DNA of 64,000 bases, taken from Myxococcales bacterium (GTDB lineage: Bacteria > Myxococcota_A > Polyangia > Polyangiales > DASUME01). The position numbers and the translations under genes are program-made. The notes under the pieces were generated by a model. It was not told the origin of the DNA and did not search any database. It was given only the letters and a program-made list of their open reading frames with translations. The stretch covers positions 6,784,001 to 6,848,000 of the forward strand of contig JASGJH010000001.1 in NCBI GenBank assembly GCA_047601445.1, given 5' to 3'. Shown here piece by piece: positions 1-9,285 of this stretch. Each line of letters starts with the position of its first letter. The first letter of the stretch is position 1.

Positions 1-1
1 G

Positions 2-601
2 CGCTACGCCGTGCCGCTGGCATGCGGCATTGGCATCGGAGTTGCGACCTGGATGCTGAGGCTCCCCGCGGGAACTCCTGCCCGCACGTCCGCTGTGGCG
101 GTGGAGCGGGCCGAATGCGAACCCAACCCGGACTCACAGACGGACTCCCTTCCGACGGACTCAAGCGCCGTCGTCCCCGATGCTCCTGCATCACTCGAGC
201 CTTCCCCTGTGCCCGCGCCCTCGACCCGTCTTCCCCCTGCGTCGAGGGTGCGGGCGCCGCAAGCGAGAGTCGAAGCGGTCGAGCTCGCCGTCCCTCCAGA
301 AGCGCCCGCTGCTGTTGAGCAGAACGTGGCCGATGTGCCCAGCGAACTGCTCTTGCTCGCCAGGGCGCGGCGCATCATGCCGGCCAATCCAGCACGAGCT
401 CTGGAACTGGCCGAGGAACATCGCTCCCTGCATCCGTCGGGTGTCTTGACCGAGGAGCGCGAGCTGCTGGCCATCGAGGCGCTGCTGCGCTTGCAACGAA
501 AGGACGAAGCTGAGCAGCGCGGGCGAGCCTTCTCGGACGCTTTCCAGAGCTCCGTGCATGCACCCAGGGTCCGCGCGTTGCTGGAGGAGGGGGCGTTTTG
601 A
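2..601 (+). CDS. Myxobacterial putative anti-sigma-type membrane protein, 5' part outside window
   Basis: Frame is open from base 2. TM-like segment (VPLACGIGIGVATWML), Pro/Ala linker, then helical C-terminal domain ELLLLARAR...PARALELAEEH...PSGVLTEERELLAIEALL, which resembles proteins encoded after myxobacterial ECF sigma factors. Confidence 0.55.
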   Translation, partial: RYAVPLACGIGIGVATWMLRLPAGTPARTSAVAVERAECEPNPDSQTDSLPTDSSAVVPDAPASLEPSPVPAPSTRLPPASRVRAPQARVEAVELAVPPEAPAAVEQNVADVPSELLLLARARRIMPANPARALELAEEHRSLHPSGVLTEERELLAIEALLRLQRKDEAEQRGRAFSDAFQSSVHAPRVRALLEEGAF

Positions 602-2025
602 GTCGTACGCACCGAGCGCTCGCTGCGCGCATGGCGGGTGGATCCGTCAGGTATGCACTCGTCCTTGCCCTTGGCGGCGTAAGTCCGTGCTCGCTCCTGG
701 CCTGCCGAGACAGCATGGTGCTCGGTGAGAGCAAGTGTGTCGAGCAGGGCCCCGCTTGCGGGACCGAAGCGCCCCACCAGGGAGTCGTGGATGGCGACCC
801 GCACCGTTACGGGTTCGAGTTCCAGTCCGATACGGGCCAGCCGCCCATCCTGCGCCCCACCTGGACCATCGACTTGCGCTGCGAATCGAACCCCTGCGAC
901 GGGGTCCAGCTCGAGTCTGCGCCGGACGGGGACTTCTGGCTTGCTGGGGTGGACTACGGGGGGCTAGAGGTCGTTCGCGTCTCTACGCAGGGCACGGTCG
1001 TCAGCCGCCACGGGGTAAAAACCAAAACCACCGACGCGTCCGACGTTCGTCTCACCGTCGATGAACATCTCAACGCATTCTTCGGCCCCTACCTCAATGA
1101 AGACTTTGGACTCTCGTTTCTGGGCGTGAACGGACAAGGCGTCGACACCGACATCGAATTGTCGGGGCTTCCTACGTCAGGCCACGGGTTTTTCACGGCA
1201 ACCCCGGAAGGGCATGTACGAGCCCTGCGCAGCAATCAGAGCAGCAGCGCAGTGTACGACTTCGACGGCGCGGGCAAGCTCGCATGGAAGCAGAGCGACC
1301 TGCGCGAGAAGCCCGCGACCGCCTATTCTTCGCAGGAGCTGACCGCGCTCGGGCAAGGCGTTGCCATCAGCGGCGGGAACACGGCCGTCGTGGTGTCGAA
1401 GCGTGGCGCTCTCGGGGACCACTGGGGCGTGACGGCGCTCGATTCTCGAGGCGACGTAGTCTGGGACGCGGTGCTGCAGCATGCGGGTCCAGGCTCGGTG
1501 CTAACGTCGCGCGTAGGCGGCGGATTCGTCATTGCGAGCCCGGTCGAAGGCAAAAAGGGCGCCGTGCAATTCTGCGCATTGAACGCGGATGGCATCCCCG
1601 ACTGGGTCGCGGAGATGACAGCCACCTTCGACGGAGTCGTAGCGGAAGAGCTGCACGTGCTCGCACTGGAAACCGACCGTGAAGGGGAGGTTTACGTGGC
1701 GCTAGCGCGCGACTATGAGCAGTTTCGTGGTTCGTGGGTTCTCTGCCGTATGCGGGTGGACGGAGAACCTCTGGCGCTCTGCGCGGACGCCGTCCTCTTT
1801 CCACGCGACATTGGCGCCGGTGCCCCATTGAGCGCAAACGACATGGTCGTACTCGAGCCGGGCGTCGTGGTCGCGTCCTACATGTCCTCGTATCCAGATG
1901 TCCACCTCAGCCTCTCGCGCATCGAGGTGCCTGCCCTGAGCGATTTCGACGCGTGGGCCGGTCCGCCTTCTTCCGATGCCGGTCCCCCAGGTTCCGACGC
2001 CGCGATCGATCCAACGCTGGAGTGA
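598..2025 (+). CDS. Hypothetical secreted lipoprotein, beta-rich (possible beta-propeller)
   Basis: 475-aa ORF overlapping the upstream stop. Lipobox-like LLAC; repeated D-x-x-G-x-x-x-W motifs (DGAGKLAW, DSRGDVVW, NADGIPDW). Start uncertain (598 or ATG 631). Confidence 0.65.
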   Translation: MSRTHRALAARMAGGSVRYALVLALGGVSPCSLLACRDSMVLGESKCVEQGPACGTEAPHQGVVDGDPHRYGFEFQSDTGQPPILRPTWTIDLRCESNPCDGVQLESAPDGDFWLAGVDYGGLEVVRVSTQGTVVSRHGVKTKTTDASDVRLTVDEHLNAFFGPYLNEDFGLSFLGVNGQGVDTDIELSGLPTSGHGFFTATPEGHVRALRSNQSSSAVYDFDGAGKLAWKQSDLREKPATAYSSQELTALGQGVAISGGNTAVVVSKRGALGDHWGVTALDSRGDVVWDAVLQHAGPGSVLTSRVGGGFVIASPVEGKKGAVQFCALNADGIPDWVAEMTATFDGVVAEELHVLALETDREGEVYVALARDYEQFRGSWVLCRMRVDGEPLALCADAVLFPRDIGAGAPLSANDMVVLEPGVVVASYMSSYPDVHLSLSRIEVPALSDFDAWAGPPSSDAGPPGSDAAIDPTLE

Positions 2026-2116
2026 TCCTTCGTGGCCCTGTCTCTCTTTGTGAGAAAAGAACAGGAGCCCCCAAGAAATTTCTGGGAAAAGATCGGGCTC
2101 TCGACACTCACCGTTC

Positions 2117-3256
2117 ATGAGCATGCGAGAGCTGTCGCGGACGGTGCGGATCGGCCACCATCTTTCTGAAGTTCCCGTTTCCAAGCCTCCTCGTGCGTTT
2201 TCAACGCTAGGAAAGGCGCGCGAAGCTCGCGAGTCGACCGATCCAGCGATAGAGCGTGCTCCCGTGGTGGTCAGCCCCAACATGGTCCGGCTTTACGGGC
2301 TGGTAGCTCGGGTGGCGAGAGTGACGATGCCGGTGCTGGTCTTCGGCGAGACCGGCAGCGGCAAGGAGCTCGTGGCGCAGGCCATTCACCAGCGAAGCTT
2401 GCGGGCAAGGGGCCCCTTCAAAGCGCTCAATTGCGCGACGATCCCATCCGGCCTCACGGAGAGCGTGTTGTTTGGCCACGAGCGCGGCGCGTTCACCGGG
2501 GCAGACCGGCAGGTCCGCGGTATCTTCGAGCAAGCGGACGGCGGCACCATCTTTCTGGACGAGGTCGGAGAGCTGTCTGCGCAGGCGCAAGCTGCGCTGC
2601 TCCGTGTGCTCGAGACCAAGCGCATGACGCGAGTCGGCGGCGTCACGGAGATTGAGCTCGACGTGCGCGTGGTGGCTGCGACGCACCGAGATCTCCACAA
2701 GATGGTCGAAGGAGGCCGCTTTCGTGAGGACCTCCTGTTCCGGCTCGACGCTCTTTCGCTTCAAGTGCCCCCGCTGAGGGAAAGGCAGGAGGAGATCCGC
2801 CCGCTCGCGGAGCTATTTCTGGAAGAGGCCCGTGAGCGCTGGACCGCTCCCGCCAAGGTGTTCTCCGCTGAAGCGCTGGACGCTTTGGATGAGTTCGACT
2901 GGCCGGGTAATGTGCGACAACTCAGGAACGCGGTCGAGCGAGCCGCAGTGGCCTGTGAGGGGAGCCTCATCCAACTCGAGGACCTTCCCGAGTACCTGCA
3001 TCATCGAAGCCCCGCCGCGGCCATCGAGGCCATGGCCGCGGCGCCGGCCAATGACAGCCAAGACGATCTGAGACAACGCGTTCGCCAATTCGAGGCCGAG
3101 ATCGTGCGCGAGGCCCTGCAACGCAGTGGTGGCGATCAAGCCCAGGCGGCGCGCTTGCTGGGGATTCCTCGCAGGACGTTCTCCAATAGGCTCCGCGTCT
3201 TGGGCCTGGACTCTGCGAGTGCACTTCGTGCTCCCATGAGTAGGTCCAGTCCATGA
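2117..3256 (+). CDS. Sigma-54-dependent transcriptional activator (AAA+ plus Fis-type HTH)
   Basis: Walker A GETGSGKE, ESVLFGHERGAFTGA, Walker B IFLDEVGE, FREDLLFRL, WPGNVRQLRN, C-terminal AQAARLLGIPRRTF. Confidence 0.95.
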   Translation: MSMRELSRTVRIGHHLSEVPVSKPPRAFSTLGKAREARESTDPAIERAPVVVSPNMVRLYGLVARVARVTMPVLVFGETGSGKELVAQAIHQRSLRARGPFKALNCATIPSGLTESVLFGHERGAFTGADRQVRGIFEQADGGTIFLDEVGELSAQAQAALLRVLETKRMTRVGGVTEIELDVRVVAATHRDLHKMVEGGRFREDLLFRLDALSLQVPPLRERQEEIRPLAELFLEEARERWTAPAKVFSAEALDALDEFDWPGNVRQLRNAVERAAVACEGSLIQLEDLPEYLHHRSPAAAIEAMAAAPANDSQDDLRQRVRQFEAEIVREALQRSGGDQAQAARLLGIPRRTFSNRLRVLGLDSASALRAPMSRSSP

Positions 3257-3294
3257 AGCGCTAGCCTGGGCCCGGCCAAGGGCCGCCGTCGCGC

Positions 3295-4131
3295 TCAGTG
3301 CCCGGCCTGGGCCCGCGCGAAGACTCCCGGTGGTCGCCCGATGACGCGGCGAAAATCACGCGCGAAGTGGGCTTGGTCGGCGTAGCCGAGTTCAGCCGCC
3401 AGGCTTGCCAGCGTGACAGGTGCAGCCGCTCGCAGCCGCTCGGCGGCTTCTTGCAGTCGGTAGCGCTGGATCACCCACTTGGGGGGAACACCGACGTAGG
3501 TTTGAAAGCGGCGCTGTAGTGTTCGCACGTCGAGCTTCGCGGCAGCAGCGACCTGTTCGACACGACAAAGCGTGGCGTCCGCGCCGACCCGCTCGACGAC
3601 GTCTCGCAGCCCGGCAACGACCGGAGGCAATGCAGGCACCAGCGTGCGCAAGAAAGTCTCGGTGAGATCGATCTCGTCCTGCAGCGATTGCGCGTGCTGC
3701 ACCCCTAGCGCCCAATCATTCGCGCGAGCCCCGAAGAGGCGCGCTGCCGGCGCGCTGCGATCCGTCAGGCTCGACAACGCTGCTCTCAGAAGCGGCTGAA
3801 ACGTCGCGGGTCGAAACTGCACGACGAAGTACTGCCCGCTGTCGCTGCGCGTGTTGCCGTAGCGGCCGGTTCTCACGCCGACGGCCCGCGCGCTCCACGC
3901 ATTTCTCTGCACCTCGAGCTCGATGCGCGCGGCCGGATGCGGCAGCGTGTCGACCCTAAGCGGCGAGCGCAGATCCCAGTGCGCCGACCCGTAGTGATGG
4001 ATGTAGGGCGCGAGATCGGGCGAGGGCAAGACACGCCGAACTTCGAGCCGACCGTCCGGAACGCTCGCCGACAGCAGGCCACGCCCCGCAGGTGCGGCAT
4101 ACAGCGCGGAGACTGATTTCGTCGCGGACAT
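3295..4131 (-). CDS. AraC-family transcriptional regulator (DUF6597-like N-terminus)
   Basis: RTLQRRFQTYVGVPPKW and LAAELGYADQAHFARDFRRVIGRPP double HTH. Confidence 0.92.
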   Translation of the reverse strand: MSATKSVSALYAAPAGRGLLSASVPDGRLEVRRVLPSPDLAPYIHHYGSAHWDLRSPLRVDTLPHPAARIELEVQRNAWSARAVGVRTGRYGNTRSDSGQYFVVQFRPATFQPLLRAALSSLTDRSAPAARLFGARANDWALGVQHAQSLQDEIDLTETFLRTLVPALPPVVAGLRDVVERVGADATLCRVEQVAAAAKLDVRTLQRRFQTYVGVPPKWVIQRYRLQEAAERLRAAAPVTLASLAAELGYADQAHFARDFRRVIGRPPGVFARAQAGH

Positions 4132-4226
4132 CTCTCCCCACGATGCACGCGCTGTCGCGTTTTATCAAGACACCGCTGCCGGGCCGGCGCTAGGACTGGC
4201 GACGTGTTTCGCTCATGAGGTGCACC

Positions 4227-4754
4227 ATGCCCATCGCTGCCCACGACGTATCCGTCGTGCTGTTCGTTCGCGCACTAACGGGTCTCAAGACGATGCTGAT
4301 CAAAGCCGAGCAGTACACCGTTGGCCACCAGCTTGCAGCATCCGATCTACTCGGGGCCCAGTTGGCTCCGGATATGCAGAACCTCGCCTGGCAAGCTCAT
4401 TGGGCTGCGGGGAGTGCGAGACTGGCGGTCGCGCGTCTAGTCGGGGCACGGCCCGTGATGCCGCAGGACGACGCCAAGACGTTCGCCGAGCTGCAGCAGC
4501 GGATCGACGCGGCGATCGAGGACCTGCGTGGCGCGTCGCCGTCAGAGATCGAGGCGGGCTTCGCGCGCGTGATCGAGCTCGAGCATCCCGGGGGCCGCAT
4601 GATGTTCACCGGGGACAAGTTTCTGCTCGAGTTCGCGATTCCCACGTTTTTTTATCATCTCACCAACGCGTACGCGATTCTGGGGCACCGAGGCGTGGAC
4701 GTGACCAGACGCGACTTTCTGGGCAGCGTTAGCGAAGTCTCGCGCGCTCAGTAG
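4227..4754 (+). CDS. DUF1993-family (DinB-like) protein
   Basis: LAPDMQNLAWQ, FAELQQRI, FAIPTFFYHLTNAYAILGHRGV...DFLG motifs; GAGG RBS before ATG 4227. Confidence 0.88.
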   Translation: MPIAAHDVSVVLFVRALTGLKTMLIKAEQYTVGHQLAASDLLGAQLAPDMQNLAWQAHWAAGSARLAVARLVGARPVMPQDDAKTFAELQQRIDAAIEDLRGASPSEIEAGFARVIELEHPGGRMMFTGDKFLLEFAIPTFFYHLTNAYAILGHRGVDVTRRDFLGSVSEVSRAQ

Positions 4755-5831
4755 GTGACCCCGGGGAAATCCGCGCGCGCCTTGGTCAGCTGCTGCTCCC
4801 GCTCGGTCGACCAGGTGAACGCGTTCATGGCCTGTGTCTTCAGGTCGGTGCCCGCGGCTCCGCTCATGAAATGGACGAACTCACCGAGGTTCATGCCGCT
4901 GCCGTAGTTGGTTCCGCTCTTGCGGAAGTGCTTGGCCAGCAGCTGGAAGTAGCGAACCATCACGTTCCGTCCCGCCATGGTCGCGCCAGAGTGGGTAGAA
5001 CCAATCGCGAAACCAGTGCGTGCCGGGGCTGGGGAAGTCGTCCGTGGTGGCCGTGAAGCCCTTGTACACGCGCTGCGCCTCCTCGGTCATGCCCAGCCCC
5101 ATGTAGAGGTCGTATTGGTAGAACTCCGCCCACTTGCTGTCGCCCCAGATGTTGAAGGCGGGCGAGCCGTGCATCTGGCGCGAGGCGCCCTCGACCACGT
5201 GTGACACCTCGTGCGTGGAGATGGCGTAGCTGCCGTCGGGAAAGGGGCCGGGGCCGACGTCGGAGACGTTGCGGTAGTCGTGCGAACCATCGAAGTAGGT
5301 GGAGGGATGGCCGCCCGAGTACTTGCCCTGATGGTAGATCGCGTAGAGGCGCCCGTCGCGCTTGCCGTCCGTGAACTGGCCGTAGTGCTCGACGGTGTAC
5401 TGCCAGACGCGCGTCATGAAGGGCAGGATCCACTCGGTCTGCTTGCGGTCGACGTCGTCGTCGAAGTACAGCGCGACCCAGTCGTTGTAGGCGACGAGCT
5501 TGAGGGTCTGCACGTGCTCGAACCAGTGCTCCTTCCAGGTGTCCGGCGGGACGCCCACGGTGCCCGCAGTGACTTGTCCCGCGTCGCTGCCCGCATCCTT
5601 GTCGGCGGCGGCGTCCTGCGGCGAGGTGGCTGCGTCCCTGGGCGCGTCGGAGTCGGCATCGCGCGCTCCCGCGTCGGCTGGGCCGCCCTCGTCGGCGACA
5701 GCTCCCTCCTGCTCCGGGTGGCTGCCTCCTGCATCCTGCGGATCCGAGTTCGCGCCACAGGCCGCCGCGAACAGGAGCGCGGCGAACGAAGAGCTCAAGC
5801 GAAGGTGGCGTGGGACGGGGCGGCGAATCAT
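4748..5831 (-). pseudogene. Secreted lipoprotein with HExxH (putative metallopeptidase-like) domain, interrupted by a 1-bp insertion at ~4967 (true pseudogene or sequencing error)
   Basis: Signal ...FAAAC and HEVSH motif. GGC GGG ACG [G] AAC GTG ATG joins ORF 4881..5831 to ORF 4748..4978, giving ...RDHGGTNVMVRYFQLLAKHF...FPGVTY (360 aa). Confidence 0.75.
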
Positions 5832-6459
5832 GCGCCTACGAGCTCATCGGAGAGCGCACCCGTCAAGCCCTATGTGCCCGCTGGCTGGCTCAACGAGCCA
5901 ATGAATCTATCGCAAAATTGCTCTCACTGGAGCTTCGCAGTATTTGCGTCATTTGGCCGAAGTCGCGCGGCTCGAACGGCGGGGCGCCGGCCCTTCACGG
6001 CGCGAAGGGATCACGGACGCGACCCCCGCGGGCGCCCTCTCTGCAAGGCGCACGCTCCCCTGCGTAGGTTCTGGTTCGCGCTGAAAGGGAAGCTCGAGCT
6101 GAAAATGGAGGGCCAGCTGAAACACCCGACCAGATTGACCCATCGGGGCCCGACCGCCCAGTTTTTGAGGACTGAAAATGCTGCTAGCCCCCCAATTTGC
6201 CGCCACGTCGGTTCATGGGGAGATGACTGAAAATGGTACCACGCGACCCCAGGGCAAATGTCGGGGCTCCTACAAAGGTGAAATGGCGCACAGGGGACGG
6301 CTGGCACCCGTGGGTTACCCATGCGCACCAGAAGCCTGTTGGCACCGGGAAAGTGTTTCAGTCGGCGAACGGATGCGTTCAGACTTTTGGGTCCAAGCAT
6401 CGCCGGTGTCCTGTGAACGGAGTCCAAGTGCATGAACGTGACCTTCGCCCGCGTAAGCC

Positions 6460-7692
6460 ATGAGTGACCGGTCCCTCGAAATCGCTGCCACGCTGGCACC
6501 CGAGACTGCGGCCGGCGCTTCGGCAGACCCGTGGCTGGGGCGGGTTCTCGGCAACCGCTACCGCCTGCTCGAGAAGCTGGGGGAGGGGGGCATGGGTGCG
6601 GTGTTCATCGCCGAGCACCTCATGCTGCGGAACCGAGTCGCGCTCAAGATCATTCACGCGACCTTCGAGGGCCATGCGGAGATCGCGGCGCGCTTCGCGC
6701 GTGAAGCCATGGTCAGTGCGCGCATCGAGCATCCGCATGTCGTTTCTGCGTTGGACTACGGCGCGCTGGAGAACGGCGGCGCCTATCTCGTCATGCAGCT
6801 CGTGCGAGGAGAGGGCCTGCGCAAAAAGCAGCGGGAGGGCATCATGCCCTGGGAGCTCGCTTGTGAGCTCATCGCGCAGATGGCATCTGCCGTGGCTGCT
6901 GCCCATGAGGCAGGCATCGTCCATCGCGACCTGAAGCCGGAGAACGTGGTGCTCGAGGCCAGGGGAGACGCCGGGTTCCACGTGAAGGTTTTGGATTTCG
7001 GCATCGCCCACCTACGCGCGGATCCGGCGGGTGCGCACGCGGCGACGGCGGGGACGCAGCTCACCCGAGTGGGTACGGTGATCGGCACCCCGGGCTACAT
7101 GTCTCCGGAACAGGCCGTGGGCCAACCCGTGGACGAGCGTACGGACATCTACGCGCTCGGCGTGATGCTTTGGGAGTTGCTCGCGGGCAGACGCCCATTC
7201 GACGGGAACACGCTGACGGAGATCGTGACCAAGCAGTTCGCCGCGCAGGCACCGGCGCTCCCCGAGGGGGCGCAAGTCATCCCGAGCGAACTGGCTACGT
7301 TACTGGCTCAGATGCTCGCGCCCCGTGCCGAGGACCGCCCACGAAGTGCCGCCGAGATACGAGACCGCATGCGAGCCATGAAGGGATTGGGCACGCCAGC
7401 GCCCGTCCAGCGGACGACCCTCGCCAGCGTTCAGACGCGCCTGCTCGCTGCGTCGACGCGGCACAAAGTCTTGCTGGCTGCGGCGCTGCTGTTGGTCTTG
7501 CTGCTCACCGTCTTCTCAGGGGGTGAAAGCGAGAGCAGCGCAGTGCGCGACAGGGCTTCAGACACCGCGCAACGCGACGGCAACGACAGATCTGCTGCCG
7601 AGGAACCCGCGGCTCAAGGCCAAGGTTCCTCCCGAAGTAAGGGCCCGTTGAGGACGCGCGCTCGCCGCGCTTTCAATTCCATCTTTCACTAG
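6460..7692 (+). CDS. Membrane-associated Ser/Thr protein kinase (Pkn2-like)
   Basis: LGEGGMGAV, VALK, HRDLKPEN, DFG, GTPGYMSPEQ, DIYALG; C-terminal TM VLLAAALLLVLLLTVF. Confidence 0.95.
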   Translation: MSDRSLEIAATLAPETAAGASADPWLGRVLGNRYRLLEKLGEGGMGAVFIAEHLMLRNRVALKIIHATFEGHAEIAARFAREAMVSARIEHPHVVSALDYGALENGGAYLVMQLVRGEGLRKKQREGIMPWELACELIAQMASAVAAAHEAGIVHRDLKPENVVLEARGDAGFHVKVLDFGIAHLRADPAGAHAATAGTQLTRVGTVIGTPGYMSPEQAVGQPVDERTDIYALGVMLWELLAGRRPFDGNTLTEIVTKQFAAQAPALPEGAQVIPSELATLLAQMLAPRAEDRPRSAAEIRDRMRAMKGLGTPAPVQRTTLASVQTRLLAASTRHKVLLAAALLLVLLLTVFSGGESESSAVRDRASDTAQRDGNDRSAAEEPAAQGQGSSRSKGPLRTRARRAFNSIFH

Positions 7693-7757
7693 GGACGCCG
7701 AGCGCTGCGCGCCGCTTGTCCAGGGACGAGCCGCGAGATGTGCGCTACCTTCGCGGT

Positions 7758-9152
7758 ATGACCGACTCTCCCCAAGAAGGTCTTCCCGCGACCCCACAGC
7801 TCACCCGCTTGTCAGGCTGGGGCGCCAACCTGCGCGCGGATTGCGCCTACGCAGAGCCCGAGACGGCTTCCGAGATCGCGGCTCAGCTCGACCGGCACGG
7901 CACCATCGCCCGTGGCTTGGGGCGCAGCTACGGCGATCCGGCGCTGAACGCGAACATGCAAGTGATCGGTACGCGCAAGCTCGATCGCTACCTGGACTTC
8001 GACGAGGCGACGGGTGTCTTGAAGTGCGAGGCCGGGGTGAGCCTGGAGCGCATGATTCAAGACTTCCTGCCGCGGGGATGGTTGCCGGCGATCACGCCAG
8101 GTACGCGCTTCGTCACCGTGGGCGGATGCATCGCTAGCGACGTGCACGGGAAGGCGCACCACTCGCAAGGCAGCTTCAGCGCCTGCGTCGATGCCATGAC
8201 CGTCCTGCTCGCGAGTGGTGAGGTTGTGAACGCGAGCCGAGAACAGAACGCCGACCTGTTCTGGGCTACGTTCGGCGGGATGGGCCTGCTCGGAGTGGTC
8301 CTGACCGCCACGCTGCGTCTGCGCAAAGTGGAGACGGCTTACTTTCGCCAGCGCTCCATTCGGGTGCGTGACCTCGACGAGCTGCTCGCGGTGCTCGCCG
8401 AACAGGACCAGCACTTCCCGTACTCACTGGCCACCTTGGATGTGCTCGCCCACGGCGCGAAGCTAGGCCGTGCCGTCGTCACCGTGGGCGACCACGCACG
8501 GCAGGCGGAGCTCCCGCCCAAGCTCGCGCGCGAACCGTTGCGCGTGGCGCCTCCTCCACTGCTGCGGATGCCCTTCGAAGCTCCTGTCTTCAACGCGCTC
8601 ACGCTGCCTGTGCTGAACGGCTTCATCATGCACAAGCTCGCGCGCAAGCCGCCCTACGATCACTACGCCGACTTTTTCTACCCGCTCGACATCGCCCATC
8701 ACTGGAACCGCGCCTACGGACGCAAGGGCTTTACGCAGTATCAGTTCGTCATCCCATTCGAAGACGGCGCGCGCGCGATGCGCATGATTCTGGATGCGAT
8801 CTTCTCCTCCGGCGAGTTGCCCTTCCTCAACGTGCTCAAGCGGCTCGGGCGCGAGAGCGGCGGCATCCTGTCGTTTCCCCGCGAGGGCTATACGTTCGCC
8901 ATCGACTTTCCCATTCGCGCGACGACCGAGGCGCTCGTGCGTCGGCTCGACGCGATGGTGCTCGAGGCGGGCGGTCGCATCTACCTCGGCAAGGACTCCT
9001 ACGTCGATGCCGCCACGTTTCGAGCCATGTATCCGGCAGTGGAGAACTGGCTGGCGATCAAAGCCAAGTACGATCCCGACGGCGTCTTCACGTCCAACCT
9101 GGGGCGGCGCGTGGGCCTGTGCCCGGCGGCGGTGCCCCGGCACACCGATTGA
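7758..9152 (+). CDS. FAD-binding oxidoreductase, decaprenylphosphoryl-beta-D-ribose oxidase (DprE1)-like
   Basis: ARGLGRSYGD, PGTRFVTVGGCIASDVHGKAHH, GGMGLLGVV, FFYPLD, WNRAYGRKGFTQYQF, GGRIYLGKD. Confidence 0.85.
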   Translation: MTDSPQEGLPATPQLTRLSGWGANLRADCAYAEPETASEIAAQLDRHGTIARGLGRSYGDPALNANMQVIGTRKLDRYLDFDEATGVLKCEAGVSLERMIQDFLPRGWLPAITPGTRFVTVGGCIASDVHGKAHHSQGSFSACVDAMTVLLASGEVVNASREQNADLFWATFGGMGLLGVVLTATLRLRKVETAYFRQRSIRVRDLDELLAVLAEQDQHFPYSLATLDVLAHGAKLGRAVVTVGDHARQAELPPKLAREPLRVAPPPLLRMPFEAPVFNALTLPVLNGFIMHKLARKPPYDHYADFFYPLDIAHHWNRAYGRKGFTQYQFVIPFEDGARAMRMILDAIFSSGELPFLNVLKRLGRESGGILSFPREGYTFAIDFPIRATTEALVRRLDAMVLEAGGRIYLGKDSYVDAATFRAMYPAVENWLAIKAKYDPDGVFTSNLGRRVGLCPAAVPRHTD

Positions 9153-9285
9153 GCCTGGCTTCACCCCGACTTGGGCCGTCGGGTTCAGGTCCGTATCTGC
9201 TCAAACGGGGGCCGCCGATGTACGATCCCCGCCAGGGCACGGGGGCCGGTGCGCGAAGCGGGCCCCGCCGTGGATGCAGGAATCG

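Noticed and set aside
6081..6286. Degenerate CRISPR array (TGAAA-like repeat ends)
   Set aside because: Shared motif is only 6-11 bp, spacing is irregular and no cas genes are present
8794..9285. N-terminal extension of the 540-aa ORF 8794..10416
   Set aside because: Overlaps the DprE1-like gene; RBS and lipoprotein signal indicate a start near 9286
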